NCBI RefSeq assembly: GCF_009914755.1 | Contig: NC_060931.1 | Origin: the human T2T-CHM13v2.0 reference genome, Homo sapiens | Reading direction: 5' to 3' (one strand) | Length of the DNA: 64,000 bases | Part shown: positions 1 through 16,403 of the stretch, piece after piece | How the letters are laid out: each line of letters starts with the position of its first letter | Position numbering within the stretch: the first letter of the stretch is position 1 | Notes under the pieces: generated by a model | The model's database searches: none | Told to the model about the DNA's origin: nothing | What the model saw: the letters and a program-made list of their open reading frames with translations, nothing else | Translations under genes and position numbers: made by a program

Positions 1-140
1 TCCATTTGTGTGTCTCTCTCCCCCATTAGACCGTGGGTCTCTCCGGGGCAGCGTTTAGCTGATCCACACTGGATCTCCAGTGCCCAACGCTAGGCTTGGC
101 ACAGAACCCAAGCGCAGCAAATGCTTGTGGAATGAATTAA
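1..140 (+). mobile_element. L2 LINE 3' end
   Basis: ccccattagaccgtgggtctc...ggcttggcacag...aaatgcttgtggaatgaattaa resembles the L2 3' terminus. Confidence 0.7.
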
Positions 141-1242
141 TACATTTTTCAAATCAAGTCAAAGTGCTGTTTTCATTATCTTTAGACCAGATTAAATTCA
201 GAGCCACAGCTCTCCAGAAAAATACTGGCAATCTGGCTTTTGCATATTTCACTGTCAAGGAGAGAACTCCTTTTCTGAATTAGCCAGGAAGGCAAGCCCG
301 GGTCCCTAGAGAGAGGCGACCCCTGAGCTCTCCCCTCTTGCCCACCTTGGGACACCTGTGACCCCTTTGGCTCTGATAACCCCTTGCTGGGCTGCCCCTC
401 CAGCTTTGATCCCTGGTTTGCAGACCGAGGGAGCAAAAGGGTGGAGCTCTAGGAGTTTACTTTCCTGGGCAGGGTCAAGCAGTTCCTGATGCAGCAAAGT
501 TGTTTGGGCGCAAACATTTCCCTGTATTGTCTGGCTTCAGAAGGCAGCCAAGAGTCTACGCAGGTGGGAGGGAGCTGAGGCAGGAGTTTTTTCTCTCTCC
601 TCCACTCCAAAGAAGACAGGAGCCTCCAAGCCCCAAGGTGGGGGGTTAGGAGGTCATCTCACACCCTAGGCAGATGCAGAAGACCTAGGAGAGGACAGAA
701 TCAGGGGAGGGGGGTGGGGGACAGATGTCATATGTCCTACTGTGCAGAGTTGGGGAGTCAGGTGTAGACAGACATGAGCTGGTCTGAGAATTCAAGTCCA
801 ACCAGAGGACCAGGCTGTACCTTCCCCAGGGCATGCTGGGAGATGCCTCTCATTCCCTTGCTGGCTGGGCGCACCAGCCTACCTGAGGCTGTCTCTTAGA
901 CAGCTAAGGAATCTTTCCCCTCCTCTGAGGTTTCTGCTCAATGACACCTTTTCTGGGGACAGTGGCTCTGGAGATGGGGGATCCTGGAGGTTGAGAGAGG
1001 CTGAGCCTTCGTGGATCTCCAGTATCCCCTGCCTTCTATGCCTCTTTAGCAAGATGCTTCTCCAACTCCTGTTTTTCCTTCTCGGAACTCTGGAAGGATG
1101 CCCTATGCATTTTGGATGTGTTTCCCAAGTGATGCTCCATTGACTATTACTTTGGGAGGGGGAAAAGCTTCTGGATCCAAGAAGCCTAGGAAACACAAAG
1201 TCAGACAGGCTATTATCTTGCAGGACTTATCAGAGCCTTGAA

Positions 1243-1422
1243 TTTTTTTAATTTTTAATTTTTATTTATTTTTTAGAGACAGGGTCTTACTCTGTCACCC
1301 AGGCTGGACTGAATGGTGGAATTATAACTCACTGCAGCCTGGAATTCCTGGGCTCAAGCGATCCTCCTGTCTCAGCCTTCAGAGTAGCTGGGACTACAGG
1401 TGCATGCCACCAGGCCTGGCTA
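1243..1422 (-). mobile_element. AluJ right arm / FRAM-like
   Basis: T-rich tail, gagacagggtcttactctgtcacccaggctgg, cctgggctcaagcgatcc. Confidence 0.85.
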
Positions 1423-1436
1423 TCTTGAATTGTTCA

Positions 1437-1775
<339 letters not shown>

Positions 1776-1998
1776 TTACTGGACCTGAAATGTCAAATAA
1801 CCCTGCAGAGGTGACAGCTGTGAGTGAAGATGCTTCTCTTTTTATGTTGAGTGAAACCCCTTTCAATATGGGCTGGAGCTGGCCACATGAGGTTTCCTGG
1901 TGTCGTGCAAGCGTGGAGATCCGGCCACACTCTTTCGTCTTCTCTTCCTTGGCCCTGAAGGGAGATGAGCCGGCAGGTGGACAAAATAAGGGGGTTGA

Positions 1999-2325
<327 letters not shown>

Positions 2326-2507
2326 CTATGTGCATCTCCCTAATCTGTCCCGGAGACAGAAGCCACAATTAAGTCACCTGTGGCCAAGACTGGGCAAGAC
2401 CCAGGCAGCTGGGAAAGCCAAGAGGACTTTAGGCATCACGTTGCTCTGAAGTTCTGGAAAGGGCAATGCCAGCTTCAGGAGGGATCTGATTCAAAGGCCA
2501 GATTCAA

Positions 2508-3604
<1,097 letters not shown>

Positions 3605-3919
3605 TCCCAGACTCTTGTCACTACCTCCTATTGGCCTGGTAGACCACCTCCTCCCATCAGCTTTCACTGGGCCTCTTTGAGTCTGGCTGTACCCCAGGCC
3701 CTACCTGCTGGATGGGCTCTTGGCAGGTGAAGTTGCTGAGACCTGCTCCGTCTCTGAGGGAGTCAGCTGTCAGTCTTTCTCTATTCCACTCTGCAGCTCT
3801 CAACTATCCACAGGGCTTGGACACCAGATGGTCAAGAAGAAACCATTCTACTGAAGTCTGGGGATAAGACTGGGCTTTCTTAAAACTCATTTACTTACTT
3901 GTTCATTCATTCAGTTCAT

Positions 3920-4078
3920 TCTTTCTCTCTCTCTCTCCTTTCTTTCTTTCCTTTCTTTCTTTCTTTCTTTCTTTTTCTTTCTTTCTTTCTCTCTCTCTCT
4001 CCTTCCTTCCTTCCTTCCTTCCTTCCTTCCTCTCTCTCCTTTCCTCTTTCTTTTCTTTTCCTTTCTTTTTCTTTTCTC
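3920..4078. repeat. (CTTT)n/(CCTT)n/(CT)n polypyrimidine tract (Alu tail derived)
   Basis: Almost pure C/T run abutting an Alu 3' end. Confidence 0.9.
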
Positions 4079-4674
<596 letters not shown>

Positions 4675-4687
4675 GTTATTATTTCTA

Positions 4688-5205
<518 letters not shown>

Positions 5206-5449
5206 CTGATCTCAGTCATTATCAGCTATTAACACCCGTGTGTGGATTAGCTTATCAGACCATGGAAACCAAAGACTTCCTCCCACAAGGGAGGTCTGGA
5301 CAGAGTAAGGCTTGTGGAAGGACCAGGGCCTTGGGGGTGAGAGAGGAAACATTGCCAAGAGGCAGACAGAGGCCCAGAGGGCTGTCTGGCGGCACAGAGG
5401 ACAGGCTTTGTCTTTTTCCTAGGCTGGGCAGGACCCCAGAGGTTAGGCT

Positions 5450-5870
5450 CTGGGACAGGAGGGAGGCGGGCAGGCCTGGGGAAGTCTGGGCAGCCCGTGC
5501 TGAGCAGAGGCTGGGATCGGGCGGTGGGCCCGGTGCACCTGACCCGCGGGGCTGGGAACAATGGCTGGGCCGGCGTGGCCTGGCTTGCTGCCCCTGTTCA
5601 TCTCTGTTTTCCTTCCCAGCTCCGATCTTCGCCGGCTCTCCTCACTCGCTCCCTCTCCGGCGGCCCATCCTGTCCGCTGGCCCCCAGACAGCACATTCCT
5701 TCATGCTGATCTCTTCCCGGTGGCTGTGAGTGCACGTTCTCACAGCGAGGCAGGGACTGGGGCCATGAGGAAGGGGGGCTCAGGTGGCCTTCCTGGGGGC
5801 CCTGGCCCCACATCCGGAGACCAGAGGGCACCTGGATGGGAAGGAGGAATAACCCCTCAGGCTCGGAGTC
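5450..5870. promoter_or_regulatory. Small CpG-rich segment (candidate promoter/enhancer or exon)
   Basis: Local excess of CpG in unique sequence, GC-box-like gaggcgggg and gggcgg. Confidence 0.35.
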
Positions 5871-6419
5871 CTCCAGGACTCAGCTAGCCCTGAGGATTTG
5901 GATCATTTCCCCCCCAGTCCTTCATCTCTTGATATTAGGAGGTTGGGGGGTCCTGCACTGCTAAGCCTCCTAGCCCTGTGCCCTGGTGTGGTGACCGAAT
6001 TGGCTGTATCCTCTGCAGAGCATGGCCCCTGTCCAGTAGACTCAGGACATTTTCTGCTTCTCATGGGGGCAGTGGCCCAATGCCAGGCTTTCCTTGGTCC
6101 CATCTGGGCCAGGACCTTCCCCTGGTTTCATCTCCCTTCCTTGAAAGACCCATCTGCAGCAGCGTGGAAGGATCCAGGCCCCCTCTGCCAGCCTTTCATT
6201 CACCCACGCAGAGGCAGGCAGGCTGTGCAGCCCCCACCCCACAATTTGATAAGCCTGAGCCAGGGAGGGCAGGGCTGGCCAGTGTGACAGCTCATGAGTG
6301 GCCGGTATCCTCTCTTCCTCTCCGGTACCTGGTGGCCCCAGTCCTGCTGCCCTGCCTGGCAGCAGAGGGGATGGGCTGGTGTCTGCTGTCCTGAGAGCCT
6401 TTCCTGGGCTGTCTGTACT

Positions 6420-6955
6420 GGGTCAAGGCTCTGCCTTGGGGTCAGGTTTAGTTTGAGGTCACGGTGAGGATCAGGGCTTGGCACTGGAGTCAGAGCTCAG
6501 CCTATGGCGGGCTCAGGAACCAGCCTGTTTCCAGGTTGGAGCTCAGTCTGAGTGGAGAGTTGGGGTTTGGTTTGGTGTGGAGCTCAAGGCTCTGTCTGGG
6601 GCAGGGATTGGGTTTGGTCAAGGGTTGGGATGAAGGCTAGTTTGGAGCCAGGGTCAGGGCTCAGTCTGGGGTAGGGGTCAGGACTTGATCTAAGATTGGA
6701 GTCAGGTCAGGGCTCAGCCTGGAGCCAGGGCTGGACTTCAGTGTGGGACAGGTGATGGGTTCTGAGAGGAGTTGGAGTTGGGATTCAGTCCAGGGTAGAG
6801 GTTAGCCTTGAGTCTGGGGTCAGGGTCAGGTTTATTCTGGGGTCACAGGGGCCACGGCTGGTGCTCTGTCTGGGGTTGCAGATGAGCTTGGCTGGCTTGG
6901 GTGTTGGTATCACTCTGGGTTTGAGTTCAAGGCTCAGATGGTGTCAGACTAGGAC
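6420..6955 (+). repeat. Degenerate G/T-rich tandem array (gggtcagggctcagtctg-like units)
   Basis: Recurrent gggtca, ggctcag, tctgggg, ttggag motifs with strong G-strand skew. Confidence 0.6.
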
Positions 6956-7405
6956 ATCAATGTGTATTGGGACAGGCTGCTTGTGTGGAGCTGACAGGGG
7001 CAGGTGTGTGTTGAAGGTGATCTTTGTCCCTCCTGTATTTGCACCCCCAGCCCCCAGCCCCTACAACCGGCTGGGACTGGGCTTGGTGGGTGGACAGACG
7101 GCTTCAGTCGCGTTCTCTCTCCAGCAAAATGTGCCTTCATGCCTGTGCAGGGCCTGAGGACACAGGGTGTGCCAGAGAGCACCTGGGCCCTCTCTGGGCC
7201 TCAGTTTCCCTATCTGAGAAGCTCAGTGTCTGGGAGCTGGGCTGAACTCCCGAAACCTGGACTGGCAGCCGTGTCAAGAGGATTGGAATGTGGAGGGCTG
7301 CTGGGTGGGGTGGGGGGCACTGCAGGAGCTCTGGCCTGGAGCGAGGTGGCTGGACTGGGCAGGGGGAGGGAGGGGCAGGCAGGTGGACAGTTCTTGGGAA
7401 CCCTA

Positions 7406-7866
<461 letters not shown>

Positions 7867-7907
7867 ACTGTCCCTTAGTGGCAGATAGTGCCACCTCTAC
7901 CTCAAAA

Positions 7908-9012
<1,105 letters not shown>

Positions 9013-9313
9013 AAATGGCTTCCTTGGCACGGAGCCTCCCAGACTACACGGGGTGTGGCTTTCATGTCAGGGCACAGGAGTCACGATGGTGTGCAGGATT
9101 CTAGGTGACCCCAGCTCCTGTCCTGTAACTGACACCTGCCCTGCTGTTGAGCAGGGTCCCTGAACCACCCTGACAAGGGCTCCATCCATGGGCAGGGAGG
9201 TTGGAAGAATGGGAGCGGCACTTGGCTTTCGGTCCTCTTCTCGTTCTCTTAGCTCAGCCCCCTAAACTGGCCTCCTCCTGTCAAAGCCGCAGACACACAA
9301 GAGAAACCCCGAT

Positions 9314-9321
9314 TGACGTCA
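9314..9321. promoter_or_regulatory. Perfect CRE palindrome TGACGTCA
   Basis: Exact motif with intact CpG in unique sequence; function untested. Confidence 0.3.
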
Positions 9322-9800
9322 GGGGAAGCGCCCACAGGGACTCTGTCTCTCCCAGAAATTTGGCTCCAGCGCCTGGCTTCGAATGGCTGTGGTTTTTAAA
9401 AGGTGAAAATGGCCAGTGGCCCTGCTTCTGTGTCTCCACCAAAACCTGGCTTGGAGGAAAGCAGGCTGGGGTCCTTGATCCTGGAGTTGGATGGGGGAGT
9501 CCCCTCCCTTCTCTCCTTCTCCCACTTCCTTGCAGACCCCCTCCTCCAGTGCCCTCCCTGCTGTCTTGACCCCCTGGCGCTCCCAGCATCCTCCTTCCTC
9601 CCGTCTCCTCTCCACCGACAAAGGCCGAGATCTTCCAGGTCCTTCCCAGTCCTGGCGCTCACTGCCTGGTGTCCTTGGGTTTGCAGGGCCTACGGATCTC
9701 TGGGCACTGTCCCCTCCGTGAACTCTCAAGGCCCTGTCTTTCTCCTCTTTGTGGCCCCCACATTTGGCCCAGAGCCTGACACAGAGTAAACGCTCAGTGA

Positions 9801-10223
<423 letters not shown>

Positions 10224-10989
10224 AGAACCATTGATTTCTGGAAACCATTCTGTGCCACAAGCCTTGGCCACTGGGAGGAGCCAGGAGAGTCAAACAACGT
10301 AGCTCCTTGGAAGAGGCTGCCTGTCAGTCATGCCCTTGGTCAGCCTGACCTGGTCCAGCCGGAGGGTGGACTCTTCGTGCTGAGGGCTGGGATGGCCAGG
10401 CACATGCCGGGGTCAGCACACAGTCACTGGGCTCATCCTGCCTTCAGATGCCTAACCTGGGGATCAGAGCCCTTCTTTTGCCCCCCAGGGGACTCCCAGT
10501 CTGGGATGGACGGGAGAGAAGGACTCCACTTCTGCCTCCTGTCAGGAGCCTACTCAGCTTCTGCTGAAACCTCCTGGCTGCTGCTGGTGTCGGATTCCAC
10601 CATCATCTGCCTGGACCGCATGGATGACGCCTTCCCTAGGTCATTCTGACCATGACCTTGTCCCGCCTAATCCCCTCAGTTTCCTATCGTTTACACAATA
10701 TAATCCTTGCTGCTGACCCCGGCCGTCCACGCCTAGGCCTCCTCCCCTCTGTCTGCTAGCTGTTCCTCCAGCCCCTCCTGCAGCACCGACCCTATCTCTG
10801 GCCTTCACTGGGCTCCTCCTCAGACCTCACATCCCAGCTTAGCAGGCAGTAGCCTGCCTCTTTCCTCCTCAGGCACCCCACTTGGACTTGGGGGCTCCTA
10901 AGCCATGGCCAGTATCTGGGCAGCCCTGAGCCAGTCCTCAGAACCCTGCTGCAGGAGTGGCTGAGCTGGCAAGAGTCACTGTGTGATCT

Positions 10990-11085
10990 GGCCACAGCCA
11001 ACATCCCGTGTCCCTATTGTATTGATGAGGCCACTGAGGCCCGGGGAGGGGAAGGGACAGTTTTGAGGTTACACAGGCAGTTACA
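10990..11085 (-). mobile_element. MIR fragment
   Basis: cctattgtattgatgaggccactgaggcccgg...aggttacacag resembles the MIR core. Confidence 0.6.
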
Positions 11086-11132
11086 GCTCACCCCCGTAGC
11101 CTCTCATTCTTCTTTGCCATTGCAAAGAAGAA

Positions 11133-11447
11133 TTTTTTTTTTTAAAATAGATATGGTATCTCAATCTCTGACTCAGGCTGGAGTGCAGTGGTGTGATCAT
11201 AGCTCCCTGTAGCCTCAAACTTCTGGGCTCAAATGATCCTCCCACCTCAATCTCCTGAGTAGCTGGGACTGCAGGGTCGTGCCACCACGCCGGCTAATTT
11301 TCTTTCTTTCCTTCCTTCCTTCCTGCCTGCCTGCCTGCCTTCCTTCCTGCCTTCCTGCCTTCCTGCCTTCCTTTTCTTTTCTTTTCTTTTCTTTCTTTCT
11401 TTTTTCTTCCTTTTTCTTTCTTTCTTTCCCTTTTTCTTTTCTTTCCT

Positions 11448-11479
<32 letters not shown>

Positions 11480-11693
11480 TTTCTTTCTTTCTTTCTTTCT
11501 TTCCCTTTCTTTCTTTTCTTTCTTCCTTCTTTTCTTTCTTTCTTTCTTTCTTTCTTTCTCTCTTTCTTTCTTTTTTTTTTTATAAGAGATGGGATCTTGC
11601 TATGTTGCCCAGGCTGGTCTCAAACTCCAGGTCTCAAGTGATCCTCCTACCTCAGCCTCCCAAAGTGCTAGGATTACATGCATGAGCCTAGCC
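11133..11693 (-). mobile_element. AluJ with expanded central linker
   Basis: Right arm 11133-11297, left arm 11585-11693. Confidence 0.85.
11298..11581. repeat. Compound (CTTT)/(CCTT)/(CCTG) microsatellite
   Basis: About 280 bp nearly pure pyrimidine. Confidence 0.92.
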
Positions 11694-12129
11694 TGTAATT
11701 TTCCTTCTGTTGATCTGTGACTGTCTCTACGTAGGGTCACTTGAGTGGGCTTCACAGAGGCCTTGCTTGGGGGGCAGTACACCTCTTCCAGGAAGCCACC
11801 ACGATTTCTCTCCACTCCCCGGCTCTCTGAGCCATGCACATTGGCTGCCTTCCAGCTGTCCTGGAATCATGCCTGGCTCACGTTCCTACGAGCATCAACA
11901 TCTGAAGCTGAATTCCACTTTCACCTCTGATGCTCTATGAACTTGGCAAGGCCTTGTCCCTTTTTCCCCCACTTTACCCATTTATAGAATCAAGGCATTG
12001 AACCTGCTGATTTTAGAGGTGCTGCTGTGGAATTAGGGTTTCGGTCAGGGAGGCTGAGCCCAGAGTCTTGGTGGACTCCGACTACCAGCACAAAGTGTAA
12101 CTGCAAGAATTGAGCTGGGGAGGCAGCAA

Positions 12130-12290
12130 TCCTGGGTGAGAATCCTGCATCAGCACTTGATAACCGTGTGGCCCCCAGCAAACTGCACGTTGGGCCCCAG
12201 TTTCCTATAAAATGGGGGAAACCAGCCAGACCGGGTCTCCATCAGGTGTTATTAAATACGATCGTGGCTTCGAAGGTGTTTGCTAAGTTA
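12130..12290 (+). mobile_element. MIR fragment
   Basis: gaatcctgc...tgtggccccc...ccccagtttcctataaaatgggga. Confidence 0.55.
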
Positions 12291-13159
12291 AACAGAGCCA
12301 AGCAGGAGGATGTGCAGCATGGGTCACCTACAGCACCCCATGCAGCATCGGGTTCAGGCAGATGACCACACGTGGCACCCTGCCGAGGGAACGTGGCAGG
12401 TGTCTGGATGCGGCGTCCCCAGGCGACTTGTGTGGGCAGTATTCCTGGCAGTGCATGCTGCGTTCCCAGCCGGTCCCACTGCTGGGCCGGGACAGCCCCC
12501 GCAGGAGGAGGCTGGGCTCCCCCTGCAAAACCATCCGTTGATGGGAGGGGTGGGGGGCCACCTGGCCCTGGCCCAGCCTGGCTAGCCTCCCATCCCATGT
12601 TTTGTTCACAGAGTTTGGAATGTCCTGGGACACAGAGCTCGGCTCCCTGGGGGGGACACTTGTGCCATTGCCTTGATCTCATCGCTGGACAGGTTTCTCC
12701 TTCATTCCAGCCCAGGACTCGGCAGGCTCCCAGCTGCAGCTGCTGCCAGGCCCAGTCCGTCTGTGTCTGTCCCAGCGCTGGCAGCCAGGAGTGTGCAGCT
12801 GGGAGTGGAGGGCTTCCCAGGGGAGGCTCCCCCAGCCCGTCTGCGTGGGCCCTGGGCACGCCTCCCAACTGGATCTCCCCAAGCCACTGCCAGCTGACCC
12901 TCTTCACAGACTCCTTGGTCTGTGACCTCAGACTCTGGGGCCCCAAGGGTAGTTTGGAATGATGTTCTCAGGACCCGGGGACTTGGGAAGGGCCAGAGCG
13001 TGCCAGCTGCCCTGGTTTCTGTTCCCCTTAGCAGGCCAAGCTATGCCCTAGAATGGGGCTCTGCCAAGTGTGTTGGGGAACAGGTGTTGTATATATTCTG
13101 CATGCACATGTGTGTAGAATTTCCCTGAACTCCCAGTGTTAAATATCCCTAGATTTGGG

Positions 13160-13980
13160 AGTGACATATAAGGTTGATTAATGGCAGGGTGAGGTTGGGG
13201 TGGAGGGCTAAGGAGGCTAGGGTCCTTGTTCAGGAAGGAGCCCATCCTTACCTGGAATGTATATTCCTGCTGCACCTGGCTCACTCTATCATGTGCCAGT
13301 CTGGGATGGCTGGGTACTCTACACCTTGACTTGGTCCTGTATGTCCAGCCACCGGCTGGAGAGAGGGGAAGCAGGGCTGGTCTTGTCGTCAGAAACATGG
13401 AAAGGTCTGAGCATGTGTGTTCATATGCATGAATATGCATTATTCTTGAGATCTCAGCTCTGGAAGGAGATCGATCCTTACCTGGCCACGGTATGCGCCT
13501 GGTGTGCCTAGCTCCCACCGTCTGCTGCTTTGAGATGGCTCAATAATGGTGCCTCACCTGGGCCCACCTGGCTGGGATATAGAGCCAGGGCACCACGATA
13601 AAACCAAGAGGAATAGTGCCTGGGGGAGATAGAGCCGAGGATGGTCCGCCGTGGTGTGTCCTTAGCATGGGCAATTCCTGCCCTGATGTAGGTCAGTATC
13701 CGCCTCAGGCTCGGGCAAACTCTTGTCTTTCCACATCATTAATGAGGAGACTAAATAAATCAGTCCCTCTGGAGGGCCCCCCAGCCCCTCAGGCAGCCTG
13801 GCTGAAGCTATTAATATTCCCCGTGTTTATGACCCCTTGGCCCTGCTGCCAGACTCCTCTCTAGCCATTGAAATTAATTTTGTGAATCAGAAAGAGGGGG
13901 AGTACAGCCTGTTGGAATCCAGGACGATGACATTTCCACCTCCCCCCTGTGGTGAGTCCCACTCACTAATTCTATAAAGC
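13160..13980. promoter_or_regulatory. Candidate homeodomain (PBX-HOX/TALE) enhancer
   Basis: TGATTAATGG 13175, ATAAATCA 13755, TTTATGAC 13826, several TAAT/ATTA cores in repeat-free DNA. Confidence 0.4.
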
Positions 13981-14619
13981 AGTCACCGGGCCAGCCCAGC
14001 CTAGGGCCGCCCGCCTGGCTGGGGCTGCCTCATGCCTCTGCTATGCTCTCCCCACAACCCCCAGGGAGGGGGGCTGGCCCCAGCCCCGATGATTCAGGCC
14101 CCCTGACACCTTGCACTGATGTCAGTGGGAATGGAGACCTCAGGCCCCAGGACCTCCTGGCCTGTTGCCTGCGCCCGCGCCCTGCACGGGGGTTGGCCCC
14201 GGCTCGTGCCTCTCGTGACCTTCCCATGGATGGGGCCTGGCTGGGAAACGAGGCCAGGCCAGACGGCCTCTCCCTCATGCTGTCCCCTTTCTGAGAGCTG
14301 CCCAAACTGGCGCCGGGCCGTCCCTTGGCCTCCTTGGGTTTCGAGGACTCATTCTAAAATTAATTTGGGGGAATTCAGGGAATTTGTGAGCAAGTTCCCA
14401 GAGAACTGTGGCTGCCCTGGGGGCAAGTGTCTCTCCTTCCTCCCACCCTCCCCCACTTTAACTTCCCCAATTTCCTATATGAGCAGATCCTCTTTGGGTA
14501 AACTCATTCCACAAAGGGCAGGGCAGGATGCCTGCATGCTGTACATTGGGGTAGGCTCTTTCCCCCTCCACCCCCACTATGAAGAAGTTTCCAAGAAGAG
14601 CTTTTCATTTAACATAGTC

Positions 14620-15530
14620 TCAAGTCATTTAAGATAAGATTTGCAAATATTTTCTCTCATTCTGTGGGTTGTCTTTTTCATTTTCTTCATAGTGTCCTTT
14701 GAAGCACAAAAGTTTTCAATTTTGATGAAATCCAATTTGTCTATTTTTTCTTTGGTTGCTTGTACTTTTGGCATCATATCGAAGACACCATTGCCAGGTC
14801 TAAGGTCACGAAGATTTACCACGATGTTGCCTTTTAAGAGTTTTCTTGTTTTAGCTCTTACATTTAGATCTTCACTCCATTTTGAGTTAATTTTTATATA
14901 TGGTGTGAGGTAGGGGTCAAACTTCATTCTTTTGCATGTGGATATCCAGTTGTCTCACCACCATCTGTTAAACAGACTATTCTTTCCCCACTAAATGGTC
15001 TTGACACTGCTGTCAAAAATCAATTTACCACAATTGTAATGGTTTATTTCTCAATTCGATTCTATTGATCTATATGTCTATGTTTATGCCAGTAACACAT
15101 TGTCTTAATTACTGTAGCTTTGTAGTAAGTTTTGAAATTAGGAAGTGTAGGTCCTCCAAATGTTCTTTTTCAAGATTGTTTTGGCTATTTGATGTTCCTT
15201 GAAATTCCATCTGATTTTTAGAATGGATTTTTTCCATTTTTGCAAATACACCACTGGGATTTTGATAGGCATTGCATTGAATCTGTTTTTGGTAGTATTG
15301 TCATCAGCTTTGGGTAGAATTGTCATCTTAACAATAACAAGCCTCTAATCCACAAACATGGGATGTCTTTCCATTTATTTAGATCTTTAATTTTTTAATG
15401 ATATTTTGTAGCTTTCGGTGTACAAGTATTATGCTTCTTTTAAAACATTTTTTCCTAAGTATTTTATTTTTTGTTGCTACTGTAGATGGAATTGTTTTTT
15501 CTTAATTTCTTTTTTGGATTGAGTCATTGA
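14620..15530 (-). mobile_element. Old L1M fragment (ORF2 C-terminal region)
   Basis: Translation DPYLTPYIKINSKW...KEKIDKLDFIKIENFCASKDT and RFNAMPIKIP are L1 ORF2p motifs. Confidence 0.9.
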
Positions 15531-15719
15531 AAGCAGAATTTGGCCTAAAGTATCAACATAAGTGTCATTTATGACTCAGCTTGTCAAGACTCCACTTGCA
15601 TGAAGTGAGATCCACCTGTGACACTTAGCCTGGGTCAGTTGCTAACTGAGGTCTGCTCTATGACCCCATTTCCTGGCCTGGCCGCTGCTCAGATCCTGGC
15701 CTCTAAGGGAACATTTAAA

Positions 15720-16400
15720 TTCTTAATCCTAAGTCTCCCTGCCTGCAGTGTCTCTCTGCTTGAGCCAATCTCCTCCCTCCTGCTCAAATAATTCTTCTAA
15801 ACCTGATTGTGTCACTTCTCTGCATAAAGCTGCCAACAGCTCCCCATCATCTTATCCACAAGAAAATTCTGAGCTCTTTGGCCTTGTGTTTAGGACCCTT
15901 CATCCTTATTGAAGGCTTCAGTCTTTCAGCCAGCTCTGTAGGCCTTCTCCACTGAGATGTCCCAGATGTTGGAAAGTCAGGTTCAAAGGAGACTCGGTGA
16001 CTGCCCCAACCTCAAGCTCCTCTTCCACTGTCTTCATCTCCACCTGCACCATCTCCATCCTCCTGCTTCCCCACAGGAACACAGCTCTCTTCCTAGATGC
16101 CTCCTTTTCCCACCTCACCTCCCTATACCTCATTATCAAGTTTAAATTTTTAAATTGTTTAAAAAGAAGTGCAAGACTTGTGCACCAAAAGCTACAAAAC
16201 ATCATTGAAAGAAATGAAAGATCTAAATAAATGGAAAGACATCCCATGTTCATGGATTGGAAGGCTTATGATTGTTAAGATGCCAATTCCACCCAAAGCT
16301 GACTTTACCTCCTAAAGCCCTCCTATGCCTGTGCCCTCTTCTTTACCTACTGCCACTTAGTTTAGATTTTATCTTGGCCTGATCACAGGCTACCAGAGTG
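15720..16400 (+). mobile_element. L2 fragments (host of an inverted L1 copy)
   Basis: ctgattgtgtcacttctctgc...cagctccccatc...; ccagagtgatcttt are L2-like. Confidence 0.55.
16156..16302 (+). mobile_element. L1 ORF2 fragment, inverted copy of 15304-15447
   Basis: gatctaaataaatggaaagacatcccatgttcatggattggaag; the reverse complement aligns to 15304-15447. Confidence 0.85.
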
Positions 16401-16403
16401 ATC

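Noticed and set aside
5815-5835. CTCF-like gaccagagggcac
   Set aside because: Lacks the conserved CC at the start of the core motif.
6420-6955. Immunoglobulin switch-like or CRISPR-like array
   Set aside because: No regular GAGCT/GGGGT pentamer structure, no repeat-spacer periodicity, and the context is primate DNA.
12242-12962. Overlapping 234-aa and 196-aa ORFs
   Set aside because: Open on both strands in GC-rich DNA; low-complexity P/G/A/C composition; no domain or splice context.
14625-14927. ORF with clear protein similarity
   Set aside because: Decayed L1 ORF2p fragment, not a host gene.
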